Shown here: positions 28,801-40,800 of the stretch, piece by piece | Position numbering within the stretch: position 1 is the stretch's first letter | Layout: every line of letters begins with the position of its first letter | DNA from: Tubiluchus corallicola | Lineage: Eukaryota; Animalia; Priapulida | Direction: 5' to 3' | Assembly: GCA_030141605.1 (NCBI GenBank) | Contig: JAQGDQ010000016.1 | Coordinates: forward strand, 188,282-252,281 | Length of the DNA stretch: 64,000 nucleotides | Notes under the pieces: model-generated | Databases searched by the model: none | Seen by the model: the letters and a program-made list of their open reading frames with translations, nothing else | What the model was told of the DNA's origin: nothing | Position numbers and translations under genes: made by a program

Positions 28801-31800
28801 TGAGCTTGACCGGATACAGACGAAAAACAGTAACTTGTCTTGGACCAATTTTATTAATGCCAGAAAACGCACGCTGAAAAAACATTTGACAAGAGTGAGT
28901 AAAATGTGCTGAAATGCAGTCAAATACAACTTTCTGCCTTTCATGCAACATTTTCAATTATCGTGTTCTCTATATTATCTCTATTCATATTTGTACAGAA
29001 GACTTGTTCATATTTGAACTTGCTGGCAAGTTCTCACTTCTTATTTAGCTGGCATTCTGTTTCGACGAAATACATAAAAATCATACACACACACTAAAGC
29101 TCAAGAAATCAAATAAATTACCGAGAAGTCAGAGAACTCTCCGGATTCAAAACATTCATGTCTGGTGACAAAAATGTCATTTGTTTGTCTTTTGACAACA
29201 GATTTGCGAGAGCTGCCTGCTTTTGATGCCGATGTGCCAGCTTTTCTACCAGCATTAGTTGCTTGTGTTCCAACCTTTCGTCCGACTTTAGTAGTTTGTG
29301 TTCCAGCTTTTGTACCAGCATTGGTTGCTTGTGTCCCAAACTTTCGTCGGACATTAGTAGTTTGTGTTCCACTCTTTGAACCAGCATTAGTTGCTTGTGT
29401 CCCAACCTTTTGTCCCACATTAGTAGTTTGTGTTCGAACTTTTGCACCAGCATTGGTTGCTTGTGTCCCAAACTTTCGTCGGACATTAGTAGTTTGTGTT
29501 CCACTCTTTGAACCAGCATTAGTTGTTTGTGTCCCAACCTTTTGTCCCACATTAGTAGTTTGTGTTCGAACTTTTGCACCAGCATTGGTTGCTTGTGTCC
29601 AAAACTTTCGTCGGACATTAGTAGTTCGGGTTCCACTCTTTGAACCAGCATTAGTTGCTTGTGTCCCAACCTTTTGTCGAAGATTAGCAGTCTGTGGTCC
29701 AGCCTTTGTGCGTGTATTTGTAGAACTTCTGCCTGTATTTAACTTCCTTCCAACAACACCAGGCTCTGCAGCTGAAATCTGGGGAGCTTTAACTGTCTGT
29801 GCATTCTGATTAGGAGATTCTGAAACATTTTCTTCATTCGGTATTTCATCACCTGTTGTTATTAAAGGTTCTTTACTGCGAGCAATTGGAAAGCCAGCCT
29901 CCTCCCCAACAGAAGGACTATCAGACCTTAATATTGTTACATCGGGTTCGGGACTTATCTCAATGCCAGTTCCCTCAGTACGATCTGGTGTTTTACTTGC
30001 ACTGTCGGTTGGAGACTCTTTAGCACTTTGCAAACTGATCTCTCCACCAGGAGGAAGACTTTGAGGTCTAGGGTTAATGTCCGGTCTAATTTCATTCATA
30101 GCAGAAGACTGTCTGATAGGGGAAGTAATTTCGTCGCTAACAAGACTTTCCGGTCTAGGGAGTGGAACATCAGGTTCAATGTTTAGATCACTATCGACAC
30201 TATCATAAGGAATTTCTGCTCCATAAGGTTTGTATTGTACTTTGAACTCTGCTACAGTTCCTTCAAGTGTAAGCCGAGATACTAGCACTGGCATACCACA
30301 ATCACTTGTCAGTTTTACTTCAATATAACAGTCATCGGAATCCAATTCTTCTTTAGAACAAGTGAATCCATCACCATCTGAAAGCAAATTTTTATATATT
30401 ATGTAACGTGTAACTAAATAACAAAAACTTATCTATTTCTAGACATTGCATTGATGTCACAAACAAGAGAAGGAATCTTAGAATCACAAACAATAAATAC
30501 AAAAATCATACCTTTCCTGACAAGGTTGCCAACAACATTTCCATCCTGATCCCTGATAGCCTCATTGGGAATAATGTCGTGATCAGATATACCATTAACT
30601 TCGTCACACTCTACAAAAGAGCAAAAATGACACACTCATTTCCAAGAAAAACTATATAAACAGGTCAGCTAAATATATCCTGCGTAATACATAGTTACGA
30701 ATAGCTAAACCAACTGATATCATAGCTAAGAGAAAATCAAATGAGCACGTGTTAGACAAAACCATCACACTGCTATTTGAAAAAAGATTTACAAGACAAA
30801 GAAATCATATAAACGTATGAAAGCATGCTAAATTAATTCCAAAAGATTTTGTATCTTCACTGGTACATTCAGGGTAAAAAGTTTTCTGTAGTGAATTTTC
30901 TGCCTGGAGTAAACTTACCAGTGTGAAGTGCTTTATGAGCTACTATCAGCAAGACATTGCCAACTCTGCGACAGTTGCCACAAGCTAGTTTACAGTCTAA
31001 TATAATACTTCTTTTTAGTCCGAATGCTGTAGCAAGATTTGTCACGAGATTAATTCATAGGAGATTTTGCTTTAAAATGTGAACTCTCTTGCAAGTTTGT
31101 TGGGGAGTTACTCACAAGTCTTTTTGAAAACACATCAATCTGAATCTGGCACAACACACTATAGGCCTATCAATGGGAGAATCACTTGTTCACGCTGTAT
31201 CAAGCCAGTACGAAATCAATAATGGAAACGTATTTAAGCAATACTGAACTAGAAAGTGCAGTATTCAGTACTAAACTATGGAACTCAGGCAACACAAGAG
31301 ACAAACTCTTATGCTCCACAGAGGAGTGTGAATTGATTCAGTTGTTCCCTTTGCAGATTACTAAAATGCAGTAGGTAAAATTCATACGGATACAGACAAA
31401 ATAATTTATGTTCATAGAATTCTTTTAGTAGCTATAAACGAATGTAAAAAATTTTACCTGGAGGTGGTGGTGGTACAAAGCAACCTTTAATTTCTGGTAC
31501 AGTAAATCGAGCTTCATTTTCTCCATCTTTCAGCTTGACCGGATACAGACGAAAAACGGTAACTTGTCTTGGACCAATTTTATTAATGCCAGAAAACGCA
31601 CGCTGAAAAAACATTTGACAAGAGTGAGTAAAATGTGCTGAAATGCAGTCAAATACAACTTTCTGCCTTTCATGCAACATTTTCAATTATCGTGTTCTCT
31701 ATATTATCTCTATTCATATTTGTACAGAAGACTTGTTCCTATTTGAACTTTCTGGCAAGTTCTCACTACTTATTTAGCTGGCATACTGTTTCGACGAAAT

Positions 31801-34800
31801 ACATAAAAATCATAAACACACACTAAAGTTCAAGAAATCAAATTAATTACCGAGAAGTCAGAGAACTCTCCAGATTCAAAACATTCATGTCTGGTGACTA
31901 AAATGTCATTTGTTTGTCTTTTGACAACAGATTTGCGAGAGCTGCCTGCTTTTGATGCCGATGTGCCAGCTTTTCTACCGGCATTAGTTGCTTGTGTTCC
32001 AACCTTTCGTCCCACTTTAGTAGTTCGTGTTCCAGCTTTTGTACCAGCATTGGTTGCTTGTGTTCCAAACTTTCGTCGGACATTAGTAGTTCGTGTCCCA
32101 CTCTTTGAACCAGCATTAGTTGCTTGTGTCCCAACCTTTCGTCCCACTTTAGCAGTTTGTGTTCCAACTTTTGTACCAGCATTGGTTGTTTGTGTCCAAA
32201 ACTTTCGTCGGACATTAGTAGTTTGTGTTCCACTCTTTGAATCAGCATTAGTTGCTTGTGTCCCAACCTTTTGTGGAAGATTAGCAGTCTGTGGTCCTGC
32301 CTTTGTTCGTGTATTTGTAGAACTTCTGCCTGTATTTAACTTCCTTCCAACAACACCAGGCTCTGCAGCTGAAATCCGGGGAGCTTTAACTGTCTGTGCA
32401 TTCTGATTAGGAGATTCTGAAACATTTTCTTCATTTGGTAATTCTCCGGCAGGCTTCGCCAGATTAGCAGGAAAACTAATTTGTGAGCCAACAGGAGGAC
32501 TTTCTGCTCTTACGTCTGCAACATCAGCTATAATTGCACTCACAGGAGGAGGTTGTTCAGCTGGCTGACGGCTAAGCTTAGATTTTAAAATTGTAACATC
32601 AGGTTCAATGTTTAGATCACTATCGACACTATCATAAGGAATTTCAGCTCCATAAGGTTTGTATTGTACTTTGAACTCTGCGACAGTTCCTTCAAGTGTA
32701 AGCTGAGATACTAGCACTGGCATATCACAATCACTTGTTAGTTTAACCTCAATATAACATTCGTCAGAATCCAACTCTTCTTTAGAACAAGTAAATCCAT
32801 CACCATCTGAAAACAAATATTTATACATTACATAACTTGTAACTAAACAACAAAAATGTGTATTTTTGCCATTACGCTGATGTCATCAATAACCGAAGGG
32901 AACATGGCCTCACAAACAACATAAACAAAAATCACACCTTTTCTGACAAGGTTTCCAACAACATTTCCATCCTGATCCCTGATAGCCTCATTGGGAATAA
33001 GGTCGTAATCAGATATGCCATTAACTTCGTCACATTCTACAAGAGAGTAAAAATACCACACTAATTTCCAAGAAAATCTATATAAACAGGTCAGCTAAAT
33101 ATATCCTGTGTAACACACGGTTAAGTCGATCAAATTAAAAATGGCTAAACCAATAGATACAAAAGCTAGGAGAAAAATCAAATTAGTACGTAATAGATAA
33201 AACCATCACACCAGTAAAAAAGGATTTCCAATACAAATAAATCATATAAACGTATGAAAGCTTTGCCAAAATAGTTCCAGAAATTTTAGACCGCCACGTG
33301 GATGTTCAGTGTGAAAAGTTTTGTGTAGTAAGTTTTCTGTCTGGCAGTAAACTTGCCATTGTGGACTGTTGTGCGAGTTATTATCAGCAAGAAATTGCAA
33401 ACTCTGCAACAGTTGCTGCCAGACCATAGAGATAAGCAACTTGCCAAAAGTAATTTCTTTCTAGTCTAAATGCTGCTGCAAGATATGTCACGAGATTAAC
33501 TAGTAGGAGATTTTGCTTTTTAATGTGAACCCCTTGCAAGTTTTTTGGCAAGTTACTTTCAAGTATTCTTGAAAACTCGAATGTGTCATAAACCATTACA
33601 GGTATATCAATGGGAGAATTACTAGCTCAAACTGTGTCAAGATAGTACGGAATTAGAAATTGCAGTATTCAATACTCAACTTTTGATCTTAGCCAATATT
33701 AAAGACGAAATGCTATGCTCCCTAGGCGAATGGGAACTAATTCAGTTATTACCTTTGCAGATTACGAAATTATGGTAGATAAATCCATATGCATTTGATA
33801 TACATACGGACAAAACAATTAATGTTCGTAACATTGTTCCAGTAGCTGTAGGCAAACATAAGAAATTTTACCTGGAGGTGGTGGTGGTACAAAGCAACCT
33901 TTAATTTCTGGTACAGTAAATCGAGCTTCATTTTCTCCATCTTTGAGCTTGACCGGATACAGACGAAAAACAGTAACTTGTCTTGGACCAATTTTATTAA
34001 TGCCAGAAAACACACGCTGAAAAAACATTTGACAAGAGTGAGTAGAATGTGCTGAAATACAGTCAAATACAACTTTCTGCCTTTCATGCAACATTTTCAA
34101 TTATTGTGTTCTCTATCTTATCTCTATTCATATTTGTACAGAAGACTTGTTCATATTTGAACTTTCTGGCAAGTTCTCACTACTTATTTAGCTGGCATAC
34201 TGTTTTGCCGAAATACATAAAAATCATACAGTTAAAGGCAACTACAAGAATGAGTTTAAGGATCAGTTATTATGCCCAGTGTGTGAGGAAGATGATGACA
34301 CTACTGAACATGTGCTTAGATGTTACAGATATGGAGAATGGAAAAAAAATTTGAACTCAGACGTATTAATGAACAGTGAAAAGGAAGGATTGCTAGAAAT
34401 TAGAAATCTAGTGAACTAATGTATGGAATACAGGATAAAGACAAATAAAGACATTAAATTTGGAAAAGACAAATAAAAGATCAGCGTTAAAAAAGAATAG
34501 ACTTCGCACCCTATAAAGGTGCCCGCCTCTGATAGGTGGAGAGAGTCGAGTATCGCAATCGCAATACACACACACTAAAGCTCAAGAAATCAAATTAATT
34601 ACCGAGAAGTCAGAGAACTCTCCAGATTCAAAACATTCATGTCTGGTGACAAAAATGTCATTTGTTTGTCTTTTGACAACAGATTTGCGAGAGCTGCCTG
34701 CTTTTGATGCCGATGTGCCAGCTTTTCTACCAGCATTAGTTGCTTGTGTTCCAACCTTTCGTCCCACATTAGTAGTTCGTGTTCCAGCTTTTGTACCAGC

Positions 34801-37800
34801 ATTGGTTGCTTGTGTTCCAAACTTTCGTCGGACATTAGTAGTTCGTGTCCCACTCTTTGAACCAGCATTAGTTGCTTGTGTCCCAACCTTTCGTCCCACT
34901 TTAGCAGTTTGTGTTCCAACTTTTGTACCAGCATTGGTTGTTTGTGTCCAAAACTTTCGTCGGACATTAGTAGTTTGTGTTCCACTCTTTGAACCAGCAT
35001 TAGTTGCTTGTGTCCCAACCTTTTGTCGAAGATTAGCAGTCTGTGGTCCAGCCTTTGTTTGTGTATTTGTAGAACTTTTCCCTGTATTTAACTTCCTTCC
35101 AACAATACCAGGCTTTGCAGCTGAAATCTGGGGAGCTTTAACTGTCTGTGCATTCTGATTAGGAGATTCTGAAACATTTTCTTCATTTGGTAATTCTCCG
35201 GCAGGCTGCGCCAGATTAGCAGGAAAACTAATTTGTGAGCCAACAGGAGGACTTTCTGCTCTTACGTCTGTAACATCAGGTATAATTGCACTCACAGGAG
35301 GAGGTTGTTCAGCTGGCTGACGGCTAAGCTTAGATTTTAAAATTGTAACATCAGGTTCAATGTTTAGATCACTATCGACACTATCATAAGGAATATCTGC
35401 TCCATAAGGTTTGTATTGTACTTTGAACTCTGCGACAGTTCCTTCAAGTGTAAGCTGAGATACTAGCACTGGCATATCACAATCACTTGTTAGTTTAACC
35501 TCAATATAACATTCGTCAGAATCCAACTCTTCTTTAGAACAAGTAAATCCATCACCATCTGAAAACAAATGTTTATACATTACATAACATGTAACTAAAC
35601 AACAAAAATGTGTATTTTTGCCATTACGCTGATGTCATCAATAACCGAAGGGAACATAGCCTCACAAACAATAAACACAAAAATCACACCTTTTCTGACA
35701 AGGTTTCCAACAACATTTCCATCCTGATCCCTGATAGCCTCATTGGGAATAAGGTCGTAATCAGATATGCCATTAACTTCGTCACATTCTACAAGAGAGT
35801 AAAAATACCACACTAATTTCCAAGAAAAACTATATAAACAGGTCAGCTAAATATATCAAGTGTAACACACGGTTAAGTCGATCAAATTAAAAATGGCTAA
35901 ACCAATAGATACAAAAGCTAAGAGAAAAATCAAATTAGTACGTAATAGACAAAACCATCACACCAGTAAAAAAGGATTTCCAATACAAATAAATCATATA
36001 AAAGTATGAAAGCTTTGCCAAATTAGTTCCAGAAATTTTAGACCGCCACGTGGATGTTCAGTGTGAAAAGTTTTGTGTAGTAAGTTTTCTGTCTGGCAGT
36101 AAACTTGCAAATGTGGACTGTTGTGAGAGTTATTATCAGCAAGAAATTGCAAACTCTGCAACAGTTGCTGCGAGCCCATAGAGATAAGCAACTTGCCAAA
36201 AGTAATTTCTTTCTAGTCTAAATGCTGCTGCAAGATATGTCACGAGATTAACTAGTAGGAGATTTTGCTTTTTAATGTGAACCCCTTGCAAGTTTTTTAG
36301 CGAGTTACTTTCACGCATTCTTGAAAACTCGTAAGTCTGAATGTGTCATAAACCATTACAGGTCTATCAATGGGAGAATTACTAGCTCAAACTGTGACAA
36401 GATAGTACGAATTAGAAATTGCAGTATTCAATACTCAACTTTTGATCTTAGCCAATATTAAAGACGAAATGCTATGCTCCCTAGGCGAATGGGAACTAAT
36501 TCAGTTATTACCTTTGCAGATTACGAAATTATGGTAGATAAATTCATATGCATTCGATACACATACAGACAAAACAATTAATGTTCGTAACATTGTTCCA
36601 GCAGCTATAGGCAAACATAAGAAATTTTACCTGGAGGTGGTGGTGGTACAAAACAACCTTTAATTTCTGGTACAGTAAATCGAGCTTCATTTTCTCCATC
36701 TTTGAGCTTGACCGGATACAGACGAAAAACAGTAACTTGTCTTGGACCAATTTTATTAATGCCAGAAAACACACGCTGAAAAAACATTTGACAAGAGTGA
36801 GTAGAATGTGCTGAAATGCAGTCAAATACAACTTTCTGCCTTTCATGCAACATTTTCAATTATCGTGTTCTCTATATTATCTCTATTCATATTTTTACAG
36901 AAGACTTGTTCATATTTGAACTTTCTGGCAAGTTCTCACTACTTATTTAGCTGGCATGCTGTTTCGACGAAATACATAAAAATCATACACACACACTAAA
37001 GCTCAAGAAATCAAATTAATTACCGAGAAGTCAGAGAACTCTCCAGATTCAAAACATTCATGTCTGGTGACAAAAATGTCATTTGTTTGTCTTTTGACAA
37101 CAGTTTTGCGAGAGCTGCCTGCTTTTGATGCCGATGTGCCAGCTTTTCTACCGGCATTAGTTGCTTGTGTTCCAACCTTTCGTCCCACATTAGTAGTTCG
37201 TGTTCCAGCTTTTGTACCAGCATTGGTTGCTTGTGTTCCAAACTTTCGTCGGACATTAGTAGTTCGTGTCCCACTCTTTGAACCAGCATTAGTTGCTTGT
37301 GTCCCAATCTTTCGTCCCACTTTAGCAGTTTGTGTTCCAACTTTTGTACCAGCATTGGTTGTTTGTGTCCAAAACTTTCGTCGGACATTAGTAGTTTGTG
37401 TTCCACTCTTTGAACCAGCATTAGTTGCTTTTGTCCCAACCTTTTGTCGAAGATTAGCAGTCTGTGGTCCAGCCTTTGTTTGTGTATTTGTAGAACTTTT
37501 CCCTGTATTTAACTTCCTTCCAACAATACCAGGCTTTGCAGCTGAAATCTGGGGAGCTTTAACTGTCTGTGCATTCTGATTAGGAGATTCTGAAACATTT
37601 TCTTCATTTGGTAATTCTCCGGCAGGCTGCGCCAGATTAGCAGGAAAACTAATTTGTGAGCCAACAGGAGGACTTTCTGCTCTTACGTCTGCAACATCAG
37701 GTATAATTGCACTCACAGGAGGAGGTTGTTCAGCTGGCTGACGGCTAAGCTTAGATTTTAAAATTGTAACATCAGGTTCAATGTTTAGATCACTATCGAC

Positions 37801-40800
37801 ACTATCATAAGGAATTTCTGCTCCATAAGGTTTGTATTGTACTTTGAACTCTGCGACAGTTCCTTCAAGTGTAAGCTGAGATACTAGCACTGGCATATCA
37901 CAATCACTTGTTAGTTTAACCTCAATATAACATTCGTCAGAATCCAACTCTTCTTTAGAACAAGTAAATCCATCACCATCTGAAAACAAATGTTTATACA
38001 TTACATAACATGTAACTAAACAACAAAAATGTGTATTTTTGCCATTACGCTGATGTCATCAATAACCGAAGGGAACATAGCCTCACAAACAATATAAACA
38101 AAAATCACACCTTTTCTGACAAGGTTTCCAACAACATTTCCATCCTGATCCCTGATAGCCTCATTGGGAATAAGGTCGTAATCAGATATGCCATTAACTT
38201 CGTCACATTCTACAAGAGAGTAAAAATACCACACTAATTTCCAAGAAAAACTATATAAACAGGTCAGCTAAATATATCAAGTGTAACACACGGTTAAGTC
38301 GATCAAATTAAAAATGGCTAAACCAATAGATACAAAAGCTAAGAGAAAAATCAAATTAGTACGTAATAGACAAAACCATCACACCAGTAAAAAAGGATTT
38401 CCAATACAAATAAATCATATAAAAGTATGAAAGCTTTGCCAAATTAGTTCCAGAAATTTTAGACCGCCACGTGGATGTTCAGTGTGAAAAGTTTTGTGTA
38501 GTAAGTTTTCTGTCTGGCAGTAAACTTGCAAATGTGGACTGTTGTGAGAGTTATTATCAGCAAGAAATTGCAAACTCTGCAACAGTTGCTGCGAGCCCAT
38601 AGAGATAAGCAACTTGCCAAAAGTAATTTCTTTCTAGTCTAAATGCTGCTGCAAGATATGTCACGAGATTAACTAGTAGGAGATTTTGCTTTTTAATGTG
38701 AACCCCTTGCAAGTTTTTTAGCGAGTTACTTTCACGCATTCTTGAAAACTCGTAAGTCTGAATGTGTCATAAACCATTACAGGTCTATCAATGGGAGAAT
38801 TACTAGCTCAAACTGTGACAAGATAGTACGAATTAGAAATTGCAGTATTCAATACTCAACTTTTGATCTTAGCCAATATTAAAGACGAAATGCTATGCTC
38901 CCTAGGCGAATGGGAACTAATTCAGTTATTACCTTTGCAGATTACGAAATTATGGTAGATAAATTCATATGCATTCGATACACATACGGACAAAACAATT
39001 AATGTTCGTAACATTGTTCCAGCAGCTATAGGCAAACATAAGAAATTTTACCTGGAGGTGGTGGTGGTACAAAACAACCTTTAATTTCTGGTACAGTAAA
39101 TCGAGCTTCATTTTCTCCATCTTTGAGCTTGACCGGATACAGACGAAAAACAGTAACTTGTCTTGGACCAATTTTATTAATGCCAGAAAACACACGCTGA
39201 AAAAACATTTGACAAGAGTGAGTAGAATGTGCTGAAATGCAGTCAAATACAACTTTCTGCCTTTCATGCAACATTTTCAATTATCGTGTTCTCTATATTA
39301 TCTCTATTCATATTTTTACAGAAGACTTGTTCATATTTGAACTTTCTGGCAAGTTCTCACTACTTATTTAGCTGGCATGCTGTTTCGACGAAATACATAA
39401 AAATCATACACACACACTAAAGCTCAAGAAATCAAATTAATTACCGAGAAGTCAGAGAACTCTCCAGATTCAAAACATTCATGTCTGGTGACAAAAATGT
39501 CATTTGTTTGTCTTTTGACAACAGATTTGCGAGAGCTGCCTGCTTTTGATGCCGATGTGCCAGCTTTTCTACCGGCATTAGTTGCTTGTGTTCCAACCTT
39601 TCGTCCCACATTAGTAGTTCGTGTTCCAGCTTTTGTACCAGCATTGGTTGCTTGTGTTCCAAACTTTCGTCGGACATTAGTAGTTCGTGTCCCACTCTTT
39701 GAACCAGCATTAGTTGCTTGTGTCCCAATCTTTCGTCCCACTTTAGCAGTTTGTGTTCCAACTTTTGTACCAGCATTGGTTGTTTGTGTCCAAAACTTTC
39801 GTCGGACATTAGTAGTTTGTGTTCCACTCTTTGAACCAGCATTAGTTGCTTTTGTCCCAACCTTTTGTCGAAGATTAGCAGTCTGTGGTCCAGCCTTTGT
39901 TTGTGTATTTGTAGAACTTTTCCCTGTATTTAACTTCCTTCCAACAATACCAGGCTTTGCAGCTGAAATCTGGGGAGCTTTAACTGTCTGTGCATTCTGA
40001 TTAGGAGATTCTGAAACATTTTCTTCATTTGGTAATTCTCCGGCAGGCTGCGCCAGATTAGCAGGAAAACTAATTTGTGAGCCAACAGGAGGACTTTCTG
40101 CTCTTACGTCTGCAACATCAGGTATAATTGCACTCACAGGAGGAGGTTGTTCAGCTGGCTGACGGCTAAGCTTAGATTTTAAAATTGTAACATCAGGTTC
40201 AATGTTTAGATCACTATCGACACTATCATAAGGAATTTCTGCTCCATAAGGTTTGTATTGTACTTTGAACTCTGCGACAGTTCCTTCAAGTGTAAGCTGA
40301 GATACTAGCACTGGCATATCACAATGACTTGTTAGTTTAACCTCAATATAACATTCGTCAGAATCCAACTCTTCTTTAGAACAAGTAAATCCATCACCAT
40401 CTGAAAACAAATGTTTATACATTACATAACATGTAACTAAACAACAAAAATGTGTATTTTTGCCATTACGCTGATGTCATCAATAACCGAAGGGAACATA
40501 GATATAAACAAAAATCACACCTTTTCTGACAAGGTTTCCAACAACATTTCCATCCTGATCCCTGATAGCCTCATTGGGAATAAGGTCGTAATCAGATATG
40601 CCATTAACTTCGTCACATTCTACAAGAGAGTAAAAATACCACACTAATTTCCAAGAAAAACTATATAAACAGGTCAGCTAAATATATCCTGCATAATACA
40701 TAGTTAAGAATAGCTAAACCAACTGATATCAAAACTAAGAGAAAATCAAATGAGCACGTGATAAACAAAACCATCACACTGCTATTTGAAAAAAGATTTA

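Noticed and set aside
12633-40000. Long plus-strand ORFs (ALVACVP... repeats) and second-frame minus ORFs (GHKQLMLVQ...)
   Set aside because: They are shadows of the stop-poor 33-bp coding repeat. They are largely confined to the repeat region, and only the GTQATNA frame joins the flanking domain exons.
12690-40000. 33-bp repeats as a CRISPR-like array
   Set aside because: The units are contiguous with no unique spacers, are protein-coding and in frame, and lie in a spliceosomal-intron context with no cas genes.
17388-40619. Array as a cluster of separate single-exon paralogous genes
   Set aside because: The ORF-track starts are intronic, there are no signal peptides, and each ORF is bounded by splice sites that join in phase to exons A and C.
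36631-40619. U1 and U2 as a pure assembly duplication
   Set aside because: They differ by several substitutions (TSHC vs TSDC, RKSVV vs RKTVV) and an 11-bp intron indel near 40500. The total copy number still needs read-depth confirmation.
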